From an uncultured virus (IMG/VR IMGVR_UViG_3300020461_000002) (Duplodnaviria; Heunggongvirae; Uroviricota; Caudoviricetes): a DNA stretch of 64,000 nt. The position numbers were made by a program, and so were the translations under genes. Shown here one piece after another: positions 1 to 7,726 of this stretch (positions within the stretch are counted from its first letter, which is position 1; the number at the start of each line of letters is the position of its first letter). The stretch lies in the IMG/VR virus record IMGVR_UViG_3300020461_000002; one strand, 5' to 3'. Below the pieces are notes generated by a model, which did not search any database, was not told the DNA's origin, and saw nothing but the letters and a program-made list of their open reading frames with translations.

Positions 1-90
1 TTCCAAGTGTTCTGCAATGTTTGCGATAACATGCTCAAAGATGGTAGAATGACCAAAGCAACACACAAGCGTTTCACGGAGATCTGGTGA
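1..90 (+). CDS. 3' end of hypothetical protein (partial)
   Basis: Frame 1 is open from base 1 (FQVFCNVCDNMLKDGRMTKATHKRFTEIW) to TGA at 88-90. Confidence 0.55.
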   Translation, partial: FQVFCNVCDNMLKDGRMTKATHKRFTEIW

Positions 91-145
91 CCAGTTCAGG
101 GAGTGGCACACCACCGCTTCCCTGATCCGCTTCATGCCCTATAAT
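91..145 (+). promoter_or_regulatory. Early promoter cassette (AGTGGCACA motif in a hairpin, TATAAT -10)
   Basis: ccagttcagggAGTGGCACAccaccgcttccctga hairpin; TATAAT at 140-145; the motif recurs upstream of other early genes. Confidence 0.7.
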
Positions 146-169
146 AAGTTCATCAACGCAAGACACCCT

Positions 170-412
170 ATGCAACTCACCACCAACGTCACCATTGTTG
201 ACTTCTTCCCCGAAGCATATATTGCTGATGAAGGTGTTAAGCGTTTTCAAAAACGTGTTACCTGGCGTAAGAATGGTCTGAAGTCTTACAGCACTGTTAC
301 CATGCTCACCGCCAAAGATGAGTGGGCATCGCGTATTGCTAATGGTGCTGAGGTTACTGACTTCAACACCGATAAAATGCCCTCCTCTGAGTACATGCCT
401 GCATCTTGCTGA
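170..412 (+). CDS. Hypothetical early protein
   Basis: ORF 134..412; start moved to ATG 170 because 134 lies upstream of the -10 box. Confidence 0.75.
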   Translation: MQLTTNVTIVDFFPEAYIADEGVKRFQKRVTWRKNGLKSYSTVTMLTAKDEWASRIANGAEVTDFNTDKMPSSEYMPASC

Positions 413-415
413 ATT

Positions 416-655
416 ATGATTACTGAAGCAACACTTAACGACTGGACCGACTTCTGGGAGAACGAAATGCCTACCACACCATCATTCAATCAAGAGCAAC
501 TTACAGCATTGCTCTCACTTTCTGAGCAAATTCAGGAAAATATCCAGGTTGCTGCTGAACTGTGGGAGATGAGTGACTTTGAAGTTACTGCCTTGTGTGG
601 TATGGTTGCTGATGCTTTTACTGCCAACGGTATTAAAATGGAGGCACTGATCTGA
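416..655 (+). CDS. Hypothetical acidic protein
   Basis: ORF track; tightly packed after the previous gene. Confidence 0.7.
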   Translation: MITEATLNDWTDFWENEMPTTPSFNQEQLTALLSLSEQIQENIQVAAELWEMSDFEVTALCGMVADAFTANGIKMEALI

Positions 656-810
656 TGACACCATCACAGGAAAAGGCAATCGCACAATTTCAGAAGATGA
701 TTGACACTCTCTGCGTTCGTAAGATCAAACTCATGACTGAGGTTGAAGAGATCAATAATACAATTATCTTCCTTGGACAACAGAGAGATGACATCATGAG
801 TGAAGAATGA
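655..810 (+). CDS. Small hypothetical protein (51 aa, not in ORF track)
   Basis: TGATG overlap with upstream stop; MTPSQEKAIAQFQKMIDTLCVRKIKLMTEVEEINNTIIFLGQQRDDIMSEE. Confidence 0.6.
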   Translation: MTPSQEKAIAQFQKMIDTLCVRKIKLMTEVEEINNTIIFLGQQRDDIMSEE

Positions 811-816
811 TATAAT
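788..816 (+). promoter_or_regulatory. sigma70-type early promoter
   Basis: ATGACA-17 bp-TATAAT with TGn extended -10. Confidence 0.55.
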
Positions 817-842
817 TAGTGATGTAGAGTTCAGTGGACAAA

Positions 843-1055
843 ATGACTCAAGAGAAGGAAATATCACTCAATGTTCAGGAAATAGGAGTAATTCTCTCTG
901 CTTTACAACTCTTAGATCATGGTGATGAGCATCAAATCGCCAAACATTATGGCAGTGCGCCATCACTTTACAATCGCCTAAAGGAGATCTATGATGGAAT
1001 GGATTCATCAACCTGTGGAACACAACACGACCCAATCTGCGAACCTTCCTATTGA
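843..1055 (+). CDS. Hypothetical protein
   Basis: ORF 834..1055; ATG 843 preferred. Confidence 0.7.
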   Translation: MTQEKEISLNVQEIGVILSALQLLDHGDEHQIAKHYGSAPSLYNRLKEIYDGMDSSTCGTQHDPICEPSY

Positions 1056-1062
1056 GCATCTT

Positions 1063-1245
1063 ATGAACGAGCAAGAAGTTGAAATGTTTATGAAGGCATT
1101 TGATGACTTCATGGAACATGCTGATGTAGAAATGCAGAACTATGTTCGGCGTGAAGCAGTAAGAAAGTTCAATAAGAGTTCATTAGAAAAGAAAGCAGAA
1201 GAGATGGAGGTAACAGTAGATTATTATATGCAGGAGTTTATGTGA
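1063..1245 (+). CDS. Hypothetical protein
   Basis: ORF 991..1245; ATG 1063 avoids overlap; C-terminus EKKAEEMEVTVDYYMQEFM. Confidence 0.7.
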   Translation: MNEQEVEMFMKAFDDFMEHADVEMQNYVRREAVRKFNKSSLEKKAEEMEVTVDYYMQEFM

Positions 1246-1400
1246 ATTTCACATCAGAAGAATTAAAGTATCTGTACCGTGTTTTATCTACTACCAGTTC
1301 TTATACTATTGCTAGAGGTGAGCAAATCGATCATCCAACAGTCAAGCATAGTGAACTAATGGAAAAAATTAAACTTTACCAAGAGAGGTTGCACCAATGA
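1242..1400 (+). CDS. Small hypothetical protein (52 aa, not in ORF track)
   Basis: GTGA overlap, upstream AGGAG, fills the gap. Confidence 0.55.
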   Translation: MNFTSEELKYLYRVLSTTSSYTIARGEQIDHPTVKHSELMEKIKLYQERLHQ

Positions 1401-1528
1401 AAGAAAAGATTACTCCTGAGACCTATGAGAAGATGAATAAAGAATTTGAAGAGGATGGTCTTGCCTTCACAATCGAAGTACCCACTCAAAAAGAAATTGA
1501 TGAGTGGCAAAAGGAATGTGATGGATGA
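1397..1528 (+). CDS. Small hypothetical protein (43 aa, not in ORF track)
   Basis: ATGA overlap; MKEKITPETYEKMNKEFEEDGLAFTIEVPTQKEIDEWQKECDG. Confidence 0.55.
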   Translation: MKEKITPETYEKMNKEFEEDGLAFTIEVPTQKEIDEWQKECDG

Positions 1529-1691
1529 GAAGACAAGACTGATACTTGCTTTATACCAAGTAGAAGGGATTACACAACTCACTAAGGATAATGAATATAA
1601 ACATTATCTTTACTGCAAACTGTCATCAATCAAATGTGAATTGGAGAGACAGTTGACAAACCTCACAAAATCAGATAAAATTGATGAGTAA
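1521..1691 (+). CDS. Hypothetical protein
   Basis: ORF 1446..1691; ATG 1521 (MDEKTRLIL) preferred. Confidence 0.65.
   Translation: MDEKTRLILALYQVEGITQLTKDNEYKHYLYCKLSSIKCELERQLTNLTKSDKIDE
1653..1681 (+). promoter_or_regulatory. sigma70-type early promoter
   Basis: TTGACA-17 bp-TAAAAT. Confidence 0.7.
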
Positions 1692-1701
1692 TTCACAAGA
1701 G

Positions 1702-1941
1702 ATGATGACTAAGTTTCTTTTCATTGTTGATCACTTTATCCCCTTTCCACAATCAGAATATGGTGGCATCTGGAACGTAATTGCAGATGATGACGAGGAG
1801 TGTTTTGATTTGATTGTTGATGCTGACGAGGGATTGAATGAGCAGTATTACAACAAACTGCGTGAGAATGTTGGTAAAGCAGTAGCATGTGAACTTGCTG
1901 GTGAACTTGACTCACAAGTTGTTGCTGAGTTTTTAACTTGA
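1702..1941 (+). CDS. Hypothetical cyanophage protein
   Basis: ORF 1681..1941 (PFPQSEYGGIWNVIA); start placed downstream of the promoter. Confidence 0.75.
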   Translation: MMTKFLFIVDHFIPFPQSEYGGIWNVIADDDEECFDLIVDADEGLNEQYYNKLRENVGKAVACELAGELDSQVVAEFLT

Positions 1942-2240
1942 TGATTGAACTTCCATCCGATTTTATCCACCAACCACCTGAAGGATACACCTATGAAGTT
2001 AAGTCGTTTCGACGCAATGTTCTATCTATTTGGTGTTGCAATCATGCTCAATTCTCTTACAATGGCGGTGCTGTTGCGAAGAGCATTTGGGGATTCTACA
2101 ACACTAAACAGAGAACCTATTTCTCGCCTGTTAACTCCACCAAGTGTGGAAATAAGGTAGATATACATAAAACTACCCCATACTCTGCAATGCAACTCAA
2201 CCTCAATCCTCTTGAGCATGTCTTATACTCCGCAAGTTGA
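1941..2240 (+). CDS. Hypothetical cyanophage protein
   Basis: ORF track; coupled to the upstream stop. Confidence 0.75.
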   Translation: MIELPSDFIHQPPEGYTYEVKSFRRNVLSIWCCNHAQFSYNGGAVAKSIWGFYNTKQRTYFSPVNSTKCGNKVDIHKTTPYSAMQLNLNPLEHVLYSAS

Positions 2241-2481
2241 TGATTATGTAAAATGGAGAGGCACCGAAGGATGGGTGTATTTTGTTGACAAAGAGTACCT
2301 TACCATTGAAGTTGGTGTTAAACCAAAGGAAGATGATTTAGTACCAATGCATAAGAAACATCACATTCTAATTGTATGTCATCACTGGGATTGGCATGAA
2401 CTTGAATATGTGAAAAATAGGAGAGTTGTGGGTGTTGATGATTACAAATCACAGCGTCATAGAGATGCTGATTTATACTGA
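2218..2481 (+). CDS. Hypothetical protein
   Basis: ORF track 2212..2481. Confidence 0.75.
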   Translation: MSYTPQVDDYVKWRGTEGWVYFVDKEYLTIEVGVKPKEDDLVPMHKKHHILIVCHHWDWHELEYVKNRRVVGVDDYKSQRHRDADLY

Positions 2482-2508
2482 TATATAAACCAATAGATGA
2501 TTGATTGA

Positions 2509-3147
2509 ATGAATCCCTATAAGAAAGTATTATTCCCAGTAACCATATTTCATACAAATATCAGAGAGAATAATAAGTTAAAGGAGAAGTATCTCCCACT
2601 TATGCATGAATGTTATCATTCTGGAAAACTTATACAACCAGAGGGGTGGATAACTACTAACATTCAAACTTCATTCGATCATGAACAGTTTAATCGGGAG
2701 ATATTTGACCAGGAGATCAAACAAGTTTATCAAAAATACATTGAGAGATTCTTCGATGATATTGTTGAGTTTGACTTCATAGATCTGTGGTTTAACTGGT
2801 ATGAGAAGGGAGAATATCAGGAAGCACACAATCACTTAAATCCTGATATATTTGATAGTACAGTGGCACATTTTGCTGTTATTCATTATCTAAAATTTGA
2901 TCCTGAGGTACATGAAGCAGCAACATTTATAGATCCCATAGTAAATCAAAGATTCACTACTCTTCAGATGAAGAGCACACATTACTCTCCAAAGTATTGT
3001 CCAAGAGTGGATGAGGGTGATATAATCATGTTTCCAAACTATTTGGAACATTATGTTAAACAGGCACCACCAACAGAAAATAATCCAAGAGTGACTGTTT
3101 CATTCAATATATCGGTAAAGAAGTATGGAAAACTGGAAAGATATTGA
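2509..3147 (+). CDS. 2OG-Fe(II) oxygenase-like protein (HxH type)
   Basis: WFNWY..EAHNH..EGDIIMFPNYLEHYV..RVTVSFN double-stranded beta-helix pattern. Confidence 0.8.
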   Translation: MNPYKKVLFPVTIFHTNIRENNKLKEKYLPLMHECYHSGKLIQPEGWITTNIQTSFDHEQFNREIFDQEIKQVYQKYIERFFDDIVEFDFIDLWFNWYEKGEYQEAHNHLNPDIFDSTVAHFAVIHYLKFDPEVHEAATFIDPIVNQRFTTLQMKSTHYSPKYCPRVDEGDIIMFPNYLEHYVKQAPPTENNPRVTVSFNISVKKYGKLERY

Positions 3148-3634
3148 AGTCAACTTTGCTGATGAGTTTCTATCTAAAGTAGAGCATGATTTAGTTGAAA
3201 AGTATTGTGCAGATGCTAAGTTTAAGTATGGTGAGGTTGATGATTATGAATCAGATGATCCTCCCACTGGAATGGTACATGAAATACCTGAGACAGAGTT
3301 TATCTACAAAATGTTTCGGAAGCATATTCATGACCGATTGAAGTTTACACATGAGATGAAACTCTATCGCATGTATGTGAATATATTTGCACCAACTGAG
3401 AATCCATACTTTCATTTGGATGGTGAAGGTATTACGTTCATATATTATCCTAATAAAGACTATCACATGCAGTGGGGAGGAGAGACACAAATAGTGGTTG
3501 ATAATAACATTCATGGTGTAATTCCCATACCTAATCGACTGTTATTCTTCAATGGCAACTTATGGCATCGTGCCACATCATTTAGGAACAGGCATAGATT
3601 TACGGTTGCAATTAAGTATAAACCATCTAAATAA
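3125..3634 (+). CDS. 2OG-Fe(II) oxygenase (HxD type)
   Basis: YFHLDG..WGGET..PNRLLFFNGNLWHRA..RFTVA. Confidence 0.85.
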   Translation: MENWKDIEVNFADEFLSKVEHDLVEKYCADAKFKYGEVDDYESDDPPTGMVHEIPETEFIYKMFRKHIHDRLKFTHEMKLYRMYVNIFAPTENPYFHLDGEGITFIYYPNKDYHMQWGGETQIVVDNNIHGVIPIPNRLLFFNGNLWHRATSFRNRHRFTVAIKYKPSK

Positions 3635-3658
3635 AATGAAAGAGGTAGTCTAAGGTCA

Positions 3659-4792
3659 ATGCCTGTCAATATACCAGCACAAACCAAGTATTTGGAAAAT
3701 GCAAATGACATTAAATGGTCCACGTTAAGATCGACATTTAATTCTTCATCAACTGGTGAGGTCAAGTTTTCCACATATAGGAGAGATACTGATAAGAATT
3801 CAGTAGATCCTATCATTCCTGATGCAACTGAGAACAATGGAGTTTCAACGGGGAATGATCTCAAAGTGTCTGGATTCCGTGGTGTTATTAAGGAGTATGG
3901 TATTCAATATAGTGGTACTGAAGCAAATGTAAATCTAGGACTGACTCAATATTGGAATCAGAATCTGAATAAGAATATCAAGAAGAAGATCACAACTGTT
4001 GATGGTAGTGTTGCCTATGCTTCTAATACAAGCAACTATGCGATGAAATTAGATGCTGAGATGTATAATGTGTCATTTAATCATTCTGGTCAAATGTATG
4101 GACAAGGTGGCAATGCTCAGGCACCTGGTGGTCCTGCATTATATTTGTTCAATCGCAGTATATTGACAGGAGCATCAGCAACTACACAACTCAAGGTGAC
4201 TTCAACAGGAAGAATCTGGGCAGGTGGTGGTGGCGGAAACCCTGGCAATCGTGGTTCTGGTGGTGGTAGTGCAAGGTGCTATAGTTCAAATAATTATCAA
4301 GTGCTTGCCAATAATGTTGGACCAAAACCAAATCAGATATCTTCAAGTAATAGATGTCGTAGAGTACAAGCAGGAGGGTCAGCTCTTGCCCTTATACCAA
4401 GAGAAACACGTTCACAATGTCGTGGTGGTGGGTCACGTCGAAGTCAAGGATATCCACGTTACATGTGTTCTATGAACTGGATCATTCGTTGTACTCACTC
4501 TAGTTCTTATACTATTTCAGGTAGTCCTGGCAATGGTGGTGCTGGTGGACCAGGGCGCGGATATGACCGCTTTAATTCAAGTTTAGCAGGCAGTCCTGGC
4601 AGTGGTGGTAGTGGTTCAAGTTGCCCTGGTGGTGGTGCAGTTGCCCGTGGAAATGCTGGCAATGCTGGAGCGTCAGGAGCAGAATGGGGACAATCATCTG
4701 GTGGTGCAGCAGGTAAGTCAATCACAGGAAATAGATTCAATGTAATTGGAGAAACAACAACTCGAATTAAAGGACCTAAATCGTTTATTTAA
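3659..4792 (+). CDS. Glycine-rich gp38-like tail-fibre adhesin / virion protein
   Basis: GQGGN, GGPAL, IWAGGGGG, GGAGG and GGAAGKSITG motifs, as in T2/S16-type gp38 polyglycine sandwiches; late-promoter-like CTAAATA at 3627-3633. Confidence 0.6.
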   Translation: MPVNIPAQTKYLENANDIKWSTLRSTFNSSSTGEVKFSTYRRDTDKNSVDPIIPDATENNGVSTGNDLKVSGFRGVIKEYGIQYSGTEANVNLGLTQYWNQNLNKNIKKKITTVDGSVAYASNTSNYAMKLDAEMYNVSFNHSGQMYGQGGNAQAPGGPALYLFNRSILTGASATTQLKVTSTGRIWAGGGGGNPGNRGSGGGSARCYSSNNYQVLANNVGPKPNQISSSNRCRRVQAGGSALALIPRETRSQCRGGGSRRSQGYPRYMCSMNWIIRCTHSSSYTISGSPGNGGAGGPGRGYDRFNSSLAGSPGSGGSGSSCPGGGAVARGNAGNAGASGAEWGQSSGGAAGKSITGNRFNVIGETTTRIKGPKSFI

Positions 4793-4808
4793 TGGAGAAT
4801 GTGATATA

Positions 4809-5123
4809 ATGAATTATGATGATCTATCTGATTTTGTATTTGAGTTTATCAATGAGTTTTATTTGCATGAAGCAAGCGGCATTAGATATGGCGTAAGTGA
4901 TGAGGTTGCGAATGAGCGCCTTGACATATGCAAAACATGTAAATATTATGATGCAAAGAATGAAGTATGTAAGGAGTGTGGATGTTATCTACCACAAAAA
5001 ACATATGATCCATTCGATTCATGTCCAATTCAAAAATGGGGTGTTGATAAACGACAATGGAATGAGGTCAATTATGAGTATATTTTATCTGCAATGAGGG
5101 AGCGTACTGGTGACTATGAGTGA
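4809..5123 (+). CDS. Cys-rich small protein (DUF6171-like)
   Basis: RLDICKTC..CKECGC..K..SCPIQKW; ATG 4809 preferred over TTG 4746. Confidence 0.7.
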   Translation: MNYDDLSDFVFEFINEFYLHEASGIRYGVSDEVANERLDICKTCKYYDAKNEVCKECGCYLPQKTYDPFDSCPIQKWGVDKRQWNEVNYEYILSAMRERTGDYE

Positions 5124-5733
5124 AGAACGATTAGGATTGTATTCTGACTTTATTGGTGAATACCATAATGTCATTGATAGTTCATTTTGTCGTAGTGTAA
5201 TCAAATCATTTGATTATTATCATGATATTGGGTCTGTGTGGTGTGAAAACGATCAGTTCAGTGATGGTAATGCTGGGCGTTTTGACTGGGCAATCGATAT
5301 GATTCAGTTGCAACAGTTCATGGAATTGAACAATGCAGCAGCACAATTCAATAAGGTGTTATGGTCCTGCTGGGATGATTATGTCACTGAGTATGGACAT
5401 TTGCGTCCTGTGCCTATGTACTCTATTCATCACAAAGTACAAAAAACTCCTGCTGGCGGTGGTTATCATGTATGGCACGATGAGAGAATTGATATGGAAC
5501 ATAGTCAGCGTTGTGCAGTATGGATGCTGTATTTGAATGATGACTATGATGGTGGCGAAACAGAGTTTCTCTATCAACACAAACGTATTAAACCAGAGAC
5601 AGGTAAGATGCTTATTTGGCCCTCTGGATATACACATGCACACCGTGGTGGTCTTGTCACTTACGGGACTAAGTACATTGTAACAGGATGGTTTTATTTT
5701 GGAGGCGCAAATGTCGGACAAACAGGAGAATAA
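5116..5733 (+). CDS. 2OG-Fe(II) oxygenase, prolyl-4-hydroxylase-like (HxE type)
   Basis: YHVWHDE..MLYLNDDYDGGETEF..IWP..THAHRG..KYIVTGW. Confidence 0.9.
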   Translation: MSEERLGLYSDFIGEYHNVIDSSFCRSVIKSFDYYHDIGSVWCENDQFSDGNAGRFDWAIDMIQLQQFMELNNAAAQFNKVLWSCWDDYVTEYGHLRPVPMYSIHHKVQKTPAGGGYHVWHDERIDMEHSQRCAVWMLYLNDDYDGGETEFLYQHKRIKPETGKMLIWPSGYTHAHRGGLVTYGTKYIVTGWFYFGGANVGQTGE

Positions 5734-5983
5734 AGAAGAGTTTCCATCAGTTGAAGAGCAAATGGGTAACCTGGCAAAGTTTGCGATTGAGATGGTTACA
5801 GATATGGCAGTCAAGAATGACCTGGAAGTATTTGTCAATGAAGATACTATGAATGGAAGACTTGCTATATGTAAGAAATGTGAGCATTATGCACAACGAC
5901 AGAAACGCTGTAGATTGTGTGGTTGTTGGATGGAGCATAAGGTAAAATTCTCAGCATCGAGATGCCCGGATGACCGGTGGTAA
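5711..5983 (+). CDS. Cys-rich small protein (DUF6171-like), paralogue of 4809..5123
   Basis: RLAICKKC..CRLCGC..K..RCPDDRW; GGAGG Shine-Dalgarno before ATG 5711. Confidence 0.75.
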   Translation: MSDKQENKEEFPSVEEQMGNLAKFAIEMVTDMAVKNDLEVFVNEDTMNGRLAICKKCEHYAQRQKRCRLCGCWMEHKVKFSASRCPDDRW

Positions 5984-6010
5984 TTTGTAGAGGCGTTCCG
6001 GCGTATAAAA

Positions 6011-6526
6011 CTATTCTGTAGGCATGAGTTTCCGTAATCCGTATTGCATAATATATGCTTCAATGGCATTTTCTAACATCTGTGTGGTAAAACTGTAAGA
6101 ATCTCCCACTTTCAATCCTTTCTTCTGTGCTGCGATATGCACCTGTAAGACTCTCTCAACAAGAGAACGATGCAGTATATAATCGTCTGCCACCTGCTTA
6201 TCTTTAACATTAGCAACCCACTCTAAGTTTTCTAATCTATTATCATCACGCTTCTCATTCTTATGTTTCACCCTTCGGGTAGTGTCATCACATGGGAGAA
6301 ATGCCTGTGCAACTAATTTGTGAATATAAACTGTCTTCGGTTGTCCGTTATCATCTCTGATCCTGCATGTTAAATAAGCACACTGATCTTTACCTGACCA
6401 GATGAGTTTGCGCTTGCGCGGTTCTTTATACTTAAGAGACCAAAGTATTCCTTCTACATCGATGGCGTAATCACTGAAATCTTCGTAATCATCAATCTCA
6501 CTCAAACGCCTAAATTCGGCATCCAT
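6011..6526 (-). CDS. NUMOD4/HNH_3-like protein, probably catalytically degenerate, with extra C-terminal helical domain
   Basis: Y-x-I-x-x-x-G..VYIHKLVAQAF..VKHKNEKRDDNRLENLEW pattern of I-HmuI-like HNH proteins. Confidence 0.8.
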   Translation of the reverse strand: MDAEFRRLSEIDDYEDFSDYAIDVEGILWSLKYKEPRKRKLIWSGKDQCAYLTCRIRDDNGQPKTVYIHKLVAQAFLPCDDTTRRVKHKNEKRDDNRLENLEWVANVKDKQVADDYILHRSLVERVLQVHIAAQKKGLKVGDSYSFTTQMLENAIEAYIMQYGLRKLMPTE

Positions 6527-6527
6527 G

Positions 6528-6611
6528 TTGTACTTATGCGTTGTACTTATTGATAATTTATAAGTACAAGTACATTGAGAGGGTATTTGTGTTAATTGTA
6601 CTTGTACTTAT
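6528..6611. repeat. TTGTACTTAT direct and inverted repeats
   Basis: Copies at 6528, 6541 and 6602; inverted copy ATAAGTACAA at 6560; partial copies at 6568, 6596 and 6751. Confidence 0.85.
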
Positions 6612-6662
6612 GAGAGTGTTTTATTTCTCGTGTAAAGTGCTTCGAGAATTGTGAGTTTAGCG

Positions 6663-6691
6663 AGCGTAGCATGAAGCGCGAGAATTGTCAA
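6663..6691 (-). promoter_or_regulatory. Leftward sigma70-type promoter for the HNH-like gene
   Basis: Minus strand TTGACA-17 bp-TACGCT with TGn extension. Confidence 0.6.
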
Positions 6692-6808
6692 GTATAACGC
6701 TGCGAGAAAATGTGCGCATCATAACACGAGAAAATGTAACGAGAAAGACACATAAGTACGATAATGCATATATACTACATGGTTCAGTGCGAGAAAACAC
6801 ACTACCCC

Positions 6809-6837
6809 TTGCGTTTTCTACGAGAATCCTGTATAAT
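6809..6837 (+). promoter_or_regulatory. sigma70-type early promoter
   Basis: TTGCGT-17 bp-TATAAT. Confidence 0.7.
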
Positions 6838-6860
6838 AACACTACGTTCATACGAGAATC

Positions 6861-7031
6861 ATGTACGACGATTACGACATTGAGCACACATTCGGGAACG
6901 AGAACATTATAGACGAGGATATGTTCTACGAGATGTGGCATGGTGTACATAATCTCATGGAGGACGCGGATGAAGAATATGAACGAGATACGCAAGACTA
7001 TGATGCGCTTGCGTATAAGCATTATGCATGA
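6861..7031 (+). CDS. Small very acidic protein (56 aa, not in ORF track)
   Basis: MYDDYDIEHTFGNENIIDEDMFYEMWHGVHNLMEDADEEYERDTQDYDALAYKHYA; directly downstream of a promoter. Confidence 0.7.
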   Translation: MYDDYDIEHTFGNENIIDEDMFYEMWHGVHNLMEDADEEYERDTQDYDALAYKHYA

Positions 7032-7037
7032 TATAAT
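7009..7037 (+). promoter_or_regulatory. sigma70-type early promoter
   Basis: TTGCGT-17 bp-TATAAT with TGn extension. Confidence 0.7.
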
Positions 7038-7061
7038 GTAGCACACACTGCCACAATCACC

Positions 7062-7226
7062 ATGCAAGCACACACTCTAGCACAAAAAAAGATTGTTCGT
7101 GTCACTCTAGACATCATGTGTTATGATGATCTAGATCTCAAAAGTATCGATTGGAACGATACTTTAGGTCTCGAAGGGGACGAGTGTGTCGACGTCGTTA
7201 TAGAGGATTTTTCAGAGGTCTTCTGA
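7062..7226 (+). CDS. Small acidic protein (54 aa, not in ORF track)
   Basis: MQAHTLAQKKIVRVTLDIMCYDDLDLKSIDWNDTLGLEGDECVDVVIEDFSEVF. Confidence 0.7.
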   Translation: MQAHTLAQKKIVRVTLDIMCYDDLDLKSIDWNDTLGLEGDECVDVVIEDFSEVF

Positions 7227-7236
7227 TATCAGTGTG

Positions 7237-7291
7237 CAGTTCAACTAGTGGCACAGCACCCCTTGCGGATTCGTTCGTGAGGGGTTATTGT
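7237..7291 (+). promoter_or_regulatory. Early promoter cassette (AGTGGCACA motif)
   Basis: cagttcaactAGTGGCACA then TTGCGG-17 bp-TATTGT; the -35 lies in an imperfect cccc...gggg hairpin. Confidence 0.65.
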
Positions 7292-7311
7292 ATGTTCAGT
7301 TGCAAAAACTC

Positions 7312-7440
7312 ATGGATTACGAAGACACTATCCTGCAGGAATTGATGGATGCTCCTGGTGAGTTATTTGACATTCCTGAGTTACAAGATCAGGAGAAATT
7401 TGATGTGGAGGGTTACATCAACGGCGATACCGATTACTGA
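7312..7440 (+). CDS. Small very acidic protein (42 aa, not in ORF track)
   Basis: MDYEDTILQELMDAPGELFDIPELQDQEKFDVEGYINGDTDY. Confidence 0.7.
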   Translation: MDYEDTILQELMDAPGELFDIPELQDQEKFDVEGYINGDTDY

Positions 7441-7474
7441 TAGTAACTCACCAACTTTTCACTAACATTTTTCA

Positions 7475-7726
7475 ATGCTTCGCACAATCACAACTCACCC
7501 TGAAAGTTCAATTCGTTTCACACCAAACTGCAAGAAAATCACTCAACAACTGAATGAGTATCGCCGTGCTAATGGTGAGGTTTCGTTGAAAGAAATGGCA
7601 CGAATCTTTGGGTTGAGAGAAAGAAATTGTGCTGCTTATTATTACGGCACTCATTATTACATGGGCGGACCTGGTAATTGCCGCAGTTGGCAACAAATGC
7701 GCCGGGGTGCATGTGTTGAACTGTAA
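7475..7726 (+). CDS. Small protein with putative helix-turn-helix
   Basis: VSLKEMARIFGLRERNCAAYY fits an HTH pattern. Confidence 0.55.
   Translation: MLRTITTHPESSIRFTPNCKKITQQLNEYRRANGEVSLKEMARIFGLRERNCAAYYYGTHYYMGGPGNCRSWQQMRRGACVEL

Larger units (their letters stand above)
6625..6904. repeat. CGAGAA box cluster
   Basis: Forward copies at 6643, 6679, 6703, 6727, 6740, 6790, 6821, 6853 and 6899; reverse copy at 6625. Confidence 0.85.

Noticed and set aside
6011..6526. Active homing endonuclease / mobile element
   Set aside because: Metal-binding residues appear substituted and there is no intron context.
6528..6910. Possible CRISPR or mini-array
   Set aside because: Repeats are only 6-10 bp with irregular spacing, there is no repeat-spacer periodicity, and no cas genes are present.
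6657..7073. ORF-track ORFs 6657..7073 (-), 6685..6912 (+) and 7151..7345 (+)
   Set aside because: They run across promoters and repeats, and are better explained by the three short acidic ORFs in other frames.
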